Origin: Microcoleus sp.
GTDB lineage: Bacteria > Cyanobacteriota > Cyanobacteriia > Cyanobacteriales > Microcoleaceae
Assembly: GCA_052279835.1 (NCBI GenBank)
Contig: CP181291.1
Span: 4,544,001 to 4,608,000, forward strand
DNA length: 64,000 nt
Direction: 5' to 3'
In this document: positions 20,014 through 30,335 of the stretch, one piece after another
Position numbering within the stretch: the stretch's first letter is position 1
Layout: every line of letters begins with the position of its first letter
Position numbers and translations under genes: made by a program
Notes under the pieces: generated by a model
Told to the model about the DNA's origin: nothing
Database searches by the model: none
What the model saw: the letters and a program-made list of their open reading frames with translations, nothing else

Positions 20014-20124
20014 AGTCCTGGACGCATGGAACCCAGAAACCGGGTTTTTTTACAAAAATACTTCGTTGCAGCCCGCACCCAAGGTAAAAAACCCGGTTTC
20101 TTTTGTCCGAGTGCGTCCAGGACT
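20014..20124. mobile_element. MITE-like element
   Basis: 13-bp perfect terminal inverted repeat agtcctggacgca/tgcgtccaggact plus inner agaaaccgggttttt/aaaaacccggtttct; the same end recurs at ~15363. Confidence 0.75.
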
Positions 20125-20399
20125 GTTTGAAAAACGTTCGGCTTTGACAGCTAGCAAAATATGGTTGAGCATATCTATGCTTGGCGAACCTGTAGTTGTC
20201 AATTAGTAAGGTGCGAACTGCCCAAGAAGGGATGCTATTCCCCGATTGTTGGGAATGGGTTTGAGTGTCGAACAAGTGGCGGTGGCGTTAATTTTATCTG
20301 TGGAGGAAGTTAGCCACAATTATCACGGCTGAGATAGTTTTATCGGGATAAAGTTAACTTCAAATTCTCGAAGATTCTCAAATTTCAACTGTCTGCTTC

Positions 20400-20720
20400 T
20401 CAGCTTTTGGAAGAAGTAATAGCAAGTGCCACATCCTCGCGAGTTGCTCCCAGCGCTAGCATTGTCCTTACCATCAAATCAAGAGAAACAGACGGATCGC
20501 CAGCTTCTATTTTAGCTACCCGTGACTGACTAGATTTAATTTTCTTAGCCAAACTTTCTTGAGAAAGATTTTGACTAAGGCGAAGCTGCTTCAAGCGTTT
20601 AATTAGAGACAGCTTCATCTCAATAAAAGCAATTTCTTCGGCTGAAAGTTCTAGAAAGTCTGCGGCATCTCCCACCCGCCAACCTGCTGCTTCTAAACGT
20701 TGACGTTTAATGGCATCCAT
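20400..20720 (-). CDS. XRE-family HTH antitoxin (HigA-like)
   Basis: LEAAGWRVGDAADFL, LSQESLAKKIKSSQSRVAKIE. Confidence 0.85.
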   Translation of the reverse strand: MDAIKRQRLEAAGWRVGDAADFLELSAEEIAFIEMKLSLIKRLKQLRLSQNLSQESLAKKIKSSQSRVAKIEAGDPSVSLDLMVRTMLALGATREDVALAITSSKS

Positions 20721-20839
20721 TGTAATTATTACCTCTTTTTTAAATTATATGAATTGCACAGAGCAAGGATTGTGAATGGTGAATTGTCTCTCAATTTGTA
20801 AGGTGGGCATTGCCCACCCTAAAGGAAGTCCTGAAATAA

Positions 20840-21199
20840 CTAGGTTTCTCCTGAGCTTTGATCGTACAATCTCAGTCGTTTTTGACTGTTTTCGATCGCG
20901 CGCTTAGGCGTTTTCTGGGTAGTTTTTTGAAACACCTCTGCAATGACAATAGCATCTGAGTCAATCCGGTAAATAATTCGCCACTGTTTACCGGCTTCAC
21001 TATCATCGATCCGCAATTCGTGGCAGTGAGGGCTGATGCTTGGCATAGGCCGAGAGACAGGCATGGCTAAAATTTCTCCATTTTGTAACATCCTTAATAA
21101 AATCCCTGCCTCAATTCGCGCTGAGGCGGAAAAAGGGGGAGTTTTTACGGAGCCTCTGATGAGCCAAACAACATCTTTGTTCTCGCCTTGGGATTCCAT
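20840..21199 (-). CDS. RelE/ParE (Gp49/HigB-like) toxin
   Basis: KTPPFS, SRPMPSI, CHELRI, WRIIYR, FQKTTQKTP. Confidence 0.85.
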   Translation of the reverse strand: MESQGENKDVVWLIRGSVKTPPFSASARIEAGILLRMLQNGEILAMPVSRPMPSISPHCHELRIDDSEAGKQWRIIYRIDSDAIVIAEVFQKTTQKTPKRAIENSQKRLRLYDQSSGET

Positions 21200-21402
21200 A
21201 AATTAAGTAGTCTAGTCATAAAGTTTACAAATATGTCGTATCTGACATAATTATAGCGCAAGATAACTAAAAGTGGTAGAAGAGACTAAAGATTGCCGAA
21301 TTGCCTCTCAATTGGTAAGGTACGCATTGCCAGCCAGCCCAGTCAAGGTGCGATCCTCTTCGAGGGCTGCGCTAACGACTGATTTGCGTCATTCTAGGCG
21401 GT

Positions 21403-21439
21403 GGCGATCGGCAATAAACCTGGTTTATTACCGATCGCC
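21403..21439. terminator. Hairpin downstream of sdhA
   Basis: ggcgatcgg-c-aataaacc-t-ggtttatt-a-ccgatcgcc. Confidence 0.5.
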
Positions 21440-21539
21440 TTTTAAAAGAATCAGATTTAACGATCGCCCGCTACGCAATTTCAAGCGTTTGAGGGATTTC
21501 TTCACCACCTTAATAGGGCTGGCATTGCCCACCTATAAA

Positions 21540-23267
21540 TTAATACTTCCGCTCCTGCGGCTCAAACATCGTAATCGCCACCGGCATATAAGCCAAATCG
21601 ATGCCAGCCGGCGAATAATAAGCCAGCGTATGCTTCAAGAAATTGCCGTCATCCCGCTGCGGAAAATCTTCCCGCGAATGAGCGCCCCGACTTTCCTGCC
21701 GCTTCAGAGCAGAAGTTAAAATCATTCTCCCCACAATAATCAAACTTCGCAACTCCAAAGCTTCCACAATTTCCGTATTCCACAACTTGCCTTTATCGTC
21801 CAAGTAAACTTCCTGATATTGCCGCTCCAATTCCTCCAATTTTGTCAAACCTTCTTGCATCAATTCGGCGCTGCGAAATACGCCACAATACTCAGTCATA
21901 GTATCTTGATACTGCTGACGGATTTGATTGATGCGGTATTTTCCGGGACGCTGTAACAGTCCTTGAATTTGTGCTTGTGCTTCCTTTAAGTAACGCTGTT
22001 CATCCACGGTGGGTAACTTGCGATTTTGCACAAATTGTGCTATGGTTGCGCCGGTGACTTTGCCATAAACTACGCATTCCAAAAGCGAATTACTGCCCAA
22101 ACGATTTGCACCATGAACGGAGACGCAAGCTGCTTCCCCTGCTGCAAAGAAACCGTCTACCAAACCATCAACACTACTGCGGACTTGTCCGCTGACATTG
22201 GTAGGAATTCCCCCCATTGAATAGTGCACTGTCGGACGCACGGGCATCGGCTGATTTACGGCATCAATTCCTAACAAACGGTGGGCTTCTTCCCAAGCAA
22301 ACGGAATTTTGCTCATGATTTTTTCCCTTCCCATGTGCCGCAAATCCATGTAAATAAACGGGCCGCCAGCACTACCATCTACATTGATTCCTCGGCCTGC
22401 GCGAATTTCTAAGGAGATGGCCCTAGATGTAATATCTCTAGGCGCTAATTCCATCCGCGAGGGGGCATAATTCGCCATAAAGCGTTCCCCTTCGGAATTA
22501 ATCAAATAAGCCCCTTCGCCGCGCACAGCCTCGGAAATCAACACTCCCACGGGATACAAACCAGTCGGGTGAAACTGCACGAATTCCATATCTTCTAAGG
22601 GCAATCCCGCCATAGCAGTCATCGCCAAACCGTCTCCAGTCGAGGCGTAATCGTTCGAGGTGGTGTTGTAAACCCGACCATAACCCCCCGTAGCAAACAT
22701 CACTGCCTTAGCGCGCACAACCTCGATTTGACCGTCTACAAGGCGATACATAACTACGCCCTTGGCTTGGCCTTCTTCCAAAATCAGGCGGGTGACGTAC
22801 CATTCCTGATAGATGTGAACTCCGTAGCGGCGGAGATTGTTGACTAATTCGTGGAGGATGGCGTGACCGGTTTTGTCGGCGGCGTAACAGGTGCGGTTGT
22901 GGGAATGTCCGCCAAAAGCGCGCTGGGCTATTCTGCCGTCTGGGAGGCGAGAGAAAAGGACTCCCATGTGTTCTAAATCGATGACTACACCGGGGGCTTC
23001 GCGGGTGAGGATTTCGACGGCATCTTGGTCGGCTAAATAGTCTGAACCTTTTACGGTGTCAAAAGCGTGGGCTTTCCAACTGTCTTGGGTATCGACGTTT
23101 TGGAGGCTGGATGCCATACCGCCTTGGGCTGCGACGGAGTGCGATCGAATCGGGTGAGTTTTGGCAACTACAGCTACCTTTAAACTGGGGTCAGTGCGGG
23201 CTATTTCCACCGCGGCGCGGCAACCTGCTAAACCGCCGCCCACAATGATTACGTCGTGTTCTAGCAT
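21540..23267 (-). CDS. sdhA: Succinate dehydrogenase/fumarate reductase flavoprotein subunit
   Basis: [44 protein letters not shown]. Confidence 0.95.
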   Translation of the reverse strand: MLEHDVIIVGGGLAGCRAAVEIARTDPSLKVAVVAKTHPIRSHSVAAQGGMASSLQNVDTQDSWKAHAFDTVKGSDYLADQDAVEILTREAPGVVIDLEHMGVLFSRLPDGRIAQRAFGGHSHNRTCYAADKTGHAILHELVNNLRRYGVHIYQEWYVTRLILEEGQAKGVVMYRLVDGQIEVVRAKAVMFATGGYGRVYNTTSNDYASTGDGLAMTAMAGLPLEDMEFVQFHPTGLYPVGVLISEAVRGEGAYLINSEGERFMANYAPSRMELAPRDITSRAISLEIRAGRGINVDGSAGGPFIYMDLRHMGREKIMSKIPFAWEEAHRLLGIDAVNQPMPVRPTVHYSMGGIPTNVSGQVRSSVDGLVDGFFAAGEAACVSVHGANRLGSNSLLECVVYGKVTGATIAQFVQNRKLPTVDEQRYLKEAQAQIQGLLQRPGKYRINQIRQQYQDTMTEYCGVFRSAELMQEGLTKLEELERQYQEVYLDDKGKLWNTEIVEALELRSLIIVGRMILTSALKRQESRGAHSREDFPQRDDGNFLKHTLAYYSPAGIDLAYMPVAITMFEPQERKY

Positions 23268-23398
23268 TTTTTGAGTAGTGTTGAGTTTTCTGCTGTATAT
23301 GTAATTCTGATGCACAAAAAAAATCCTCACGCAAAGGTAAGGAAGTTTTTAACTTTTGATTTTTAACTTTATTGAAAATTAAAAATCTGTAAGCTGGA

Positions 23399-23713
23399 TT
23401 AGCCCACTGCTGGGGCAGGTTTTTGGCCTGGTAAATTGGCGCTAGCGGATGGTTTGGATTCGGTAGCGGGTTCTACGGCTGTGACTTCGATGTGATTTAG
23501 CAAAGTCGTCACAAACGCAAACAGCAGGAAGGGTAGAGACAGGACTAAGATCAATCCGACGGTGGCTAAGGCGTAGATTTGACGGGCGCTACTCCACAAG
23601 GCGAGGGCGGAGGCGAGACTCATAAAGATCACAATCAGCCAAATAACGATTTGACCGTAAATGTCGCCGAAGGTCAGCGTGCATCTGAGGCGATAGTTAT
23701 GCAAGTTATTCAT
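23399..23713 (-). CDS. Small membrane hypothetical protein
   Basis: CTLTFGDIYGQII plus two TM segments. Confidence 0.7.
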   Translation of the reverse strand: MNNLHNYRLRCTLTFGDIYGQIVIWLIVIFMSLASALALWSSARQIYALATVGLILVLSLPFLLFAFVTTLLNHIEVTAVEPATESKPSASANLPGQKPAPAVG

Positions 23714-23784
23714 TTTGGGCCTGGCGAGGTTGCTATTAGGACTTGCGTGCGCGAAAATACTTGAAATTTCTTAGTCTAGTTAGC

Positions 23785-25256
23785 GTGAACTACCCGCCGT
23801 CAAGGGTCGTACCGGTGTGACGGAGGCTTCTCCCTTCAACGACCACAGCCACCACAGTAGTAGATTTGCGTCCATACTGTTTTGGTCTTACATAGCCTTC
23901 AGGAGCAATAACGCTGGTTCCCAACGTCAATAAGCGCAAGCCTTCATTTTTGATATTTATCGCGGCATTAATGTCTCTATCGTGCCGATTGCCACAGTGT
24001 GGACAGTCAAATTCTCGTACAGATAAATCCATTTTTGGCAGTGGCTTCAAATTATTTGAGCAAAGATGAGTTGATGCAAAAAATCTACCTATTTCTAGAT
24101 AAACTTTCCCCACCATTTCTGCTTTATATTTAAGCATAGTACAAAATATTCCCCAACCAGCATCAGATATTGATTTGGCTAGGCAATGATTTTTCACCAT
24201 GTTTCTGACTGCCAGATTTTCTACTACTACGACTTGGTTTTTGTCTACTATCTTGCGCGATAGCTTGTGCAGAAAATCCTCGCGGACTCTTTTGGTTTTT
24301 GAGTGAACTTTAGCTACGGCAAGCTTGGCTTTTCGACGATTATTTGTGGTTTTATCTTTTTTGCGATCCAGCTTTTTTTGCTTACGAGCTAAATTTTTTT
24401 CATGTTTCTTTGTAGCTTTTGGATGTTGATATTTAGAACCTTCTGATGTAACTGCAAAATCGGTTAGACCTAAATCTATGCCAATCACATTACCCTCAGA
24501 GCTAGATTCTGGGCATTCAATGCCATCATCCACAAGCATGGAAGCAAAGTATCTCCCATCAGGATTTTTGGATACAGTCACAGTTTTGACTTTACCTTCA
24601 ATATCCCGATGAACTTTAGCATTGACAGTACCCAACGAACCCGGAAATTTAATCTCACAATTACTCAATACTTTGACATTTTGAGGGTATTGAATAGATT
24701 GCTTCCCTTGGCGTTTCTTGAATGTTGGATACATGGCGCGACCATCAAAGAAGTTGCCAAAGGCTACACCTAGATTCAAGACCGATTGCTGAAGACACTG
24801 AGAGTAACACTCAGATAGCCATTCATTGTCAGTTTTCCACAAGGGTATTGACTTTTTTATGGTCATGGCGGTAACGCCTTTGCCAGTCTCTTGATAGGTT
24901 GCGGTTATTATAGCCAAAGACTGATTCCAGACCCAACGCACACAACCGAAAGCCTTAGCAAGGTATGCTTGCTGGACAATAGTAGGGTAGATTCGGACTT
25001 TGACAGCTTTCAGCACAATGCACAATACTTAGATTGCTTTTTTGATTAGTCTAAGTTTATCATAACAAAAAATATTAGAAAAGCCAACAATTTGCGATGC
25101 CCCCTCACGCTCGCCGAAGGGATGATCTCCTCATCCATCCGCCATCGCCTGCTAGCTTTCGCTTTTACGTCTTGTGGCGGATGGAATCGTCGATTCACGT
25201 ACCTTTGATCCCACACTAATCGAAGCGATATAGTGTGGGGATTCCCGTCTGCTAAG
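23785..25256 (-). mobile_element. IS200/IS605-family element carrying TnpB only (IS1341-like)
   Basis: tnpB; right end GGGTAGTTCAC; left-end hairpins at 25134-25185 and 25210-25239; no tnpA; left boundary approximate. Confidence 0.75.
23790..25025 (-). CDS. tnpB: RNA-guided endonuclease TnpB
   Basis: N-terminal KAVKVRIYPT; RuvC motifs GIDLG, VVVENL, DRDINAAINI; CPHCG. Confidence 0.93.
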   Translation of the reverse strand: MCIVLKAVKVRIYPTIVQQAYLAKAFGCVRWVWNQSLAIITATYQETGKGVTAMTIKKSIPLWKTDNEWLSECYSQCLQQSVLNLGVAFGNFFDGRAMYPTFKKRQGKQSIQYPQNVKVLSNCEIKFPGSLGTVNAKVHRDIEGKVKTVTVSKNPDGRYFASMLVDDGIECPESSSEGNVIGIDLGLTDFAVTSEGSKYQHPKATKKHEKNLARKQKKLDRKKDKTTNNRRKAKLAVAKVHSKTKRVREDFLHKLSRKIVDKNQVVVVENLAVRNMVKNHCLAKSISDAGWGIFCTMLKYKAEMVGKVYLEIGRFFASTHLCSNNLKPLPKMDLSVREFDCPHCGNRHDRDINAAINIKNEGLRLLTLGTSVIAPEGYVRPKQYGRKSTTVVAVVVEGRSLRHTGTTLDGG

Positions 25257-25428
25257 CTAACTTGCTTTGACGTCGGTTTTAAACATTTTTATAGAAGTCG
25301 CAACAACACTTATAGATTCTTAGTTTGGGAAAAATCTACTTTCGGACCGATCGCCAATTTCGTAAAGAAATGTTAAGTTACATGGAGATGGAATTAACTT
25401 TTAGAGGGTCGCACCTGTCTTTTTGCCT

Positions 25429-26148
25429 ATGTCGCCCGATCGCACATTACTGATTTCACGCTCTTTCTTAGCAGGTTTGGGCACTCAGATGTTTTTGCAC
25501 CAAGAGGATCGAATTCCCCAAGAAAGCCCGGTGTTGGTGGTTAGCAATCACCGCAGTTTCTTAGATCCTGTGCTGCTGACGGCGGCTTTGGGTCGATCGA
25601 TCCGGTTTGCTTGCCATCATTACATGGGTCAGGTGCCGCTGGTTCGGGAATTGGTAACATCTTTCGGTGCTTTTCCCTTGGAAGCACCGCAACACCGACA
25701 GCAGCATTTTTTCGATCAGGCGACAGCCTTACTGCAAAATAGGGAGATGGTGGGGGTGTTTCCAGAGGGTGCCGAACCGATGGTGAATTTTACTCAACCG
25801 CATACTGTCGGGAAGTTTCAGCGAGGATTTGCTCATTTGGCTTTGCGAGCTCCGGTGCGGGATTTGGTGGTTTTGCCGGTGGCGATTAGTTCTTTTGAAG
25901 AAGAGGCGGTACGATCGGCTATACCCTTGAAGTTGTTGAGTTGGTTCGATCCTTCAGAACCGCTGTTCGATCGAGCTGGATGGCATCCTGTGATACTTTA
26001 CAGACGAGTTAATATTTTAGTCGGCCGTCCGTACTGGATTACGGTCGATCGACAACAGCAATATCGAGGGAAACAAGCCAAAGCAGTTGTTGCGGAACTT
26101 ACAGAACATTGTCACGGAGAAATTGCACAATTACTCCAAGCAAGTTGA
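25429..26148 (+). CDS. plsC: Lysophospholipid (1-acyl-sn-glycerol-3-phosphate) acyltransferase
   Basis: SNHRSFLD and VFPEG motifs. Confidence 0.8.
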   Translation: MSPDRTLLISRSFLAGLGTQMFLHQEDRIPQESPVLVVSNHRSFLDPVLLTAALGRSIRFACHHYMGQVPLVRELVTSFGAFPLEAPQHRQQHFFDQATALLQNREMVGVFPEGAEPMVNFTQPHTVGKFQRGFAHLALRAPVRDLVVLPVAISSFEEEAVRSAIPLKLLSWFDPSEPLFDRAGWHPVILYRRVNILVGRPYWITVDRQQQYRGKQAKAVVAELTEHCHGEIAQLLQAS

Positions 26149-26336
26149 CTGTTGTCAGATTTTAGATCAAATCAGCGAGCATCAAAATTCTTGCTCTCTC
26201 TTTTTTTGCTCTGGGTTTTATCCGTTATATAAAGGTTAAATCCTTCGACTCCAACCGGAATGATTTAACCTAAAATCTCATCTTCATTTTTCCTGCTTCC
26301 TTCGTCTATAAAATCTAAAATCAATTGACTTTAATC

Positions 26337-27140
26337 ATGTCAAATTCTACTAACAAGCTTCGTTTCCTAACGCCAAAATCTCCGAATTCCGATCTGCCTT
26401 TATTTGTATTTCTGCCTGGTATGGATGGTAGCGGTTTGCTGCTGCGTCGGCAAATCCCTAAATTAACCAATGATTTTGACATTCGTTGCTTAGCTATACC
26501 AGCCAATGACATGGCTAGTTGGGATGTACTTGTCAGCGAAACAATCGCCTTAGTTGAAGCAGAAAAGGCAGCCGGAAATCAGAGGCCGGTTTATTTGTGT
26601 GGGGAATCATTTGGGGGGTGTTTAGCGATGAAAGTAGTTTTAGAAGCTCCTCAATTGTGCGATCGATTAATTTTAGTCAATCCAGCTTCTTCGTTTCGAC
26701 AGCAGCCTTGGGTGCAGTGGGGTTCTCACTTGACTCAATGGCTACCGGCAAGCCTTTATCCGCTGTCGGTAGTAGGTTTATTGCCAGTTTTAGCATCCTT
26801 GGGAAAGATTGGGCGAGAGGAGCGACGAGCTTTGCTAGAAGCGATGCAAGCGGTACCTCAGAGCACTTCTGTGTGGAGATTAGCTTTAGTGCGATCGTTC
26901 GATGTTGACGAAAATCAGTTGAGTGCGATCGAACAGCCAACGCTAGTAATTGCTAGTGGTAGCGATCGACTTCTACCTTCCTTAGCAGAAGCCAAGCTTT
27001 TAGTCAAGGTAATTCCGAATGCTGAAATGGTGATGCTGGCTAACAGCGGTCATGCTTGTTTGTTAGAAACAGATGTCGATCTGAATCGGATTATGCAAGC
27101 TCAAAATTTCTTAAATAGGTCATTAGTTATTAGTCATTAA
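26337..27140 (+). CDS. Alpha/beta hydrolase
   Basis: LPGMDG, GESFGG nucleophile elbow, SGHACLLE. Confidence 0.85.
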   Translation: MSNSTNKLRFLTPKSPNSDLPLFVFLPGMDGSGLLLRRQIPKLTNDFDIRCLAIPANDMASWDVLVSETIALVEAEKAAGNQRPVYLCGESFGGCLAMKVVLEAPQLCDRLILVNPASSFRQQPWVQWGSHLTQWLPASLYPLSVVGLLPVLASLGKIGREERRALLEAMQAVPQSTSVWRLALVRSFDVDENQLSAIEQPTLVIASGSDRLLPSLAEAKLLVKVIPNAEMVMLANSGHACLLETDVDLNRIMQAQNFLNRSLVISH

Positions 27141-27204
27141 TGATTGATTATCATCAACAACAACCAACTAAAATTAAACAAAAAATCATTGCTAGGGTCT
27201 AATC

Positions 27205-27828
27205 ATGCTAAATCTCAAGCTTCCCGAACAAAGACGAAAACTTTACATTGAAATTGCACTGCGTAGATGTCGCCCCGGTAGTGGCAGCAGTCAAGATTTT
27301 CTGAATAAAATAACTTGGAATCATCCCGTGACAAACATTAAAATGATCGTTCAAAAAACCCTTTTTGTAGTGGTAGGAGGGATTGCTACTCGGCTCTATA
27401 TGCCTGAACGAATGACCGATGACGTGGATATTTTAGTATTGACCCAAGATGCTACTAATCTTTATCGAGAATTAGAGGAAGCTGGTAGCAGGAGAACGGG
27501 ACAACTCAGCATTGGTGGCAGCACTTGGGAATTGCCTGATGGTACTTATTTGGATGTAATTGAATCAAGAGATTCTTGGGTAAAAGAGGCAATTAGAAAT
27601 CCAAATAAAGCCCCGGATGGATTACCAATTATCGGATTACCTTATCTGGTTTTGATGAAGCTAAAAGCTAGTCGTGGTATAGATATAGGGGATTTAACGC
27701 GGATGTTGGGAGGGGCTGACGAAACTGCTTTGCGGTTGGTAAGAAGGGCTGTAAAAGATTTCCTGCCTGATGCTGTGGAAGATTTAGAAAGTTTAATTGT
27801 TTTGGGAAAGCTAGAAAGGAGTGAGTAA
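27205..27828 (+). CDS. Putative nucleotidyltransferase (AbiEii/Pol-beta-like)
   Basis: VVVGGIA...RMTDDVDIL; LVLMKL..SR..DIGD. Confidence 0.6.
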   Translation: MLNLKLPEQRRKLYIEIALRRCRPGSGSSQDFLNKITWNHPVTNIKMIVQKTLFVVVGGIATRLYMPERMTDDVDILVLTQDATNLYRELEEAGSRRTGQLSIGGSTWELPDGTYLDVIESRDSWVKEAIRNPNKAPDGLPIIGLPYLVLMKLKASRGIDIGDLTRMLGGADETALRLVRRAVKDFLPDAVEDLESLIVLGKLERSE

Positions 27829-27850
27829 TTAAGAATAAATCCTTTGGTTT

Positions 27851-27970
27851 ATACCAAATTTGGGTTTCCCAACCCGTTGATTATTGAATCGGCATCGGCA
27901 GATTTTGTTTGTATAGAAGCGGTTTCAACCGCGCCCGTCATAACGGGGATAGCTAACCCGGATTTGATAT
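27851..27970. mobile_element. MITE-like element
   Basis: Imperfect terminal inverted repeat ataccaaatttgggtt/aacccggatttgatat; inner gcggtttcaaccgc hairpin; related remnant at ~13276-13361. Confidence 0.6.
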
Positions 27971-28056
27971 TATAAATTCTTACTCTCACGGAACTACCCC
28001 GCAGGGGGTAAGTTCCGATAACAATTAACAACCAGCCACCAACTAATAACTAATCA

Positions 28057-28633
28057 CTAATTAAGATTTAGCCATTTTTGAGCATTAAGCCGCTGAACTA
28101 CACCAAAAACCATTAAGTCTAGGGTAATCTTGCGCTCGTCTATCAAAAAAGGTTCAAGAGTGCTAGTTTTTGTGTTATTTTCAGCGCAAGAAAAAGCTCT
28201 TTGACTTTGAATGTTTTCTTGAGGAAAATACAAGTTAAATTGGCGCTGACCTGATTGGAATTTGCCCACTACTTGCCAACAATCGCCGGCGGAACTCATA
28301 CCCGCAACGGGGATTTTTTGCTTAGCAAAAGTGACGTCTAAATCCTCAACGCCCTGCTTAGTTAAAGCAGTTTGCAAAGCAGGCAAATAGTCTTGTTGAA
28401 TAAATTCTGCAAACGGCTTGTCTTCAACAGCAGGAGCTTTTTCCTTTTTAGCTTTAGCTGGGGGCTTATCGCCGTCAGCTTTAGCAGCAGGCTTTTTAGC
28501 AGCAGGCTGAGGCTTGTCGTCAGTGCTGGGAAGATCCGTGGTTTGAGGTGAGTCGGAAACTGGGGGCGTGTTCCATCGAAGCAGTGGGAGTTTCTGATTC
28601 CCCAGCGGTAGGATTTTTCGGTTCTTCTGCCAT
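28057..28633 (-). pseudogene. ndhV: NDH-1 subunit NdhV (DUF2996), frameshifted near the 5' end
   Basis: KKEKAPAVEDKPFAEFIQQDYLPAL...STLEPFLIDERKITLDLMVFGVVQRLNAQKWL; the ATG at 28633 is one base out of frame (577 nt); C5 run at 28562-28566. Confidence 0.75.
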
Positions 28634-28751
28634 TGGTGCTTCCTGTGAAAAAGTTAGTATCTGTTATCAGTTATGAGTTTTGAGTTAAAAACAGTTGTAG
28701 AGACGCGGTTGGGGGCGTCTCTACAATTAATTGACAACTCCGATTATTATT

Positions 28752-29639
28752 CTAAATCTCAGCGACAGCTCGTTCAATCAAACGGCGGGCCAAAGTTTGA
28801 ACGCCTGTGTGTTCGTAGTAGTTGGTAGTCACGTCGAGGAATGCCCCCACATAGTCCACCTTATCAGCAGAAATTTCCACAAAGTTTTGCAAGTGGCCCA
28901 TCACGTTTTGGGGAGTCAAACCGCGATCGCTGACAAAATTGCTCATCCAGCCAGAAACCGAGCTAAAGCTTTCTCCAATAAAGCCTAACTGGCCTGCGGG
29001 GTTGCCACCAGGAATCATACTGCTGATGGAATTAAACGACGGATTCTCTTGCAAATCGCTTGGGGAAAGCCTCTGAATCCAAGACTGAGTTGCCATGATA
29101 AAGTCTGGGCCCAGGGGAATCAAACCATCAAAACAAACCAAAGCCGCCATCCGCATCAGGGATTCGCCGCCGTAGTCTGCCAAAGCGCCAGCAAAATCAC
29201 CGATGCTGTCGCCGGGAATGCCGTTGATTTGGCAAAAAGCTAGTAACTCAACGACTAACTTCAAAGAAAGGTCGATCGTCTGAGCTTTTTCGGGCTTGGG
29301 AGTAAGATTGCCCAGCATGGACAAAAACGGCACATTTTGAGAGACTTTGTTCGCCATTGCTGCTGCACCTAGGGCCTTGTCGGCATTGTCGATGGTTTGG
29401 TAGAGCCATAGAGCGCGCTGATAACCTTCAGATTTATCGTTGTAGAGATAGATAGCCCGATCGCCAATTTGCTGGATCAGTTCTTCATCTGTTTCGCCAG
29501 TTACCGTGCGAATGGTATTTTCAAAACCAATTAAATTGTTCCACTCACCGGGTACAACAAAGTCAAGGGCTCTGAGAGCTTTGACAGTCATGTTGTCTTT
29601 AGGAAGTTGATCCACTAATTCAAAGATGGATTTGCTCAC
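28752..29639 (-). CDS. Conserved cyanobacterial hypothetical protein
   Basis: 295-aa ORF with AGGAG RBS; follows the lipoprotein gene. Confidence 0.75.
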   Translation of the reverse strand: MSKSIFELVDQLPKDNMTVKALRALDFVVPGEWNNLIGFENTIRTVTGETDEELIQQIGDRAIYLYNDKSEGYQRALWLYQTIDNADKALGAAAMANKVSQNVPFLSMLGNLTPKPEKAQTIDLSLKLVVELLAFCQINGIPGDSIGDFAGALADYGGESLMRMAALVCFDGLIPLGPDFIMATQSWIQRLSPSDLQENPSFNSISSMIPGGNPAGQLGFIGESFSSVSGWMSNFVSDRGLTPQNVMGHLQNFVEISADKVDYVGAFLDVTTNYYEHTGVQTLARRLIERAVAEI

Positions 29640-29777
29640 AAAAAACTCCTTCTAGTTGATTAACAGGACTCAAAAGTATTTCTTTTGGCAGATTGCACCA
29701 GTCTCAAAGTCGGGGTAATGATTTGATGCAAATAAAGTCAGACTCAAGTTAAGAGTGGACGATGACCATAGGTATGG

Positions 29778-30335
29778 TTATTTGACGTTAGCAAGGCCAC
29801 TAAGGTTAAATTTTGTCAACCAATCTTCGCGATCGCTAGCAGTAAAAGAAGGATCGCGGGATTGAACTTTCACCTGGTAGCGATTTGCCACTAGGACCGC
29901 AGTGATATTAGCACCTTGAGTAACAGCGGGATAGCCGCCAATTTGCTTGCTACTGCTTTTGAATTTAGAGCCAGCCGAGGGGTTGCCGGCAATGTCGTTG
30001 ATGGACAACATCGCGACATTTTTACCGCCTTTGTTGAGCTTAGCTTCGGCAAAACCTGATTTTTCTTGAGCGAAGACGCGATCGAATCCGCCACCCGACG
30101 AGGGGAAATATTTATTTAATTTGCCACCTGCTACTGCCTTCTTGGGCAGGTTTTGATTGTCAGCAGTGGATTTATCAGCAGTTGTCTGCTTAGTTTTAGC
30201 GGACGGTTTTTGGGTACTTTCCTGCTGAGCTTTGTCCCAGCGGGAGGGTTCCGGGGCTTTACCGCAGGAGGTGACGAGCAACAGTACCGATATCAGAAAT
30301 GGAGCTAAGATTCGGCGTGCGGAGGATAATTTCAT
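29778..30335 (-). CDS. Putative lipoprotein
   Basis: Signal peptide with LVTS-C lipobox; AGGAG RBS. Confidence 0.75.
   Translation of the reverse strand: MKLSSARRILAPFLISVLLLVTSCGKAPEPSRWDKAQQESTQKPSAKTKQTTADKSTADNQNLPKKAVAGGKLNKYFPSSGGGFDRVFAQEKSGFAEAKLNKGGKNVAMLSINDIAGNPSAGSKFKSSSKQIGGYPAVTQGANITAVLVANRYQVKVQSRDPSFTASDREDWLTKFNLSGLANVK

Noticed and set aside
19133..20311. Diversity-generating retroelement TR/VR pair
   Set aside because: Mismatches are not adenine-specific (include C/T and G/T) and no RT is present
21273..21719. 148-aa plus-strand ORF
   Set aside because: Antisense to the sdhA end and runs over repeats; no recognisable motifs
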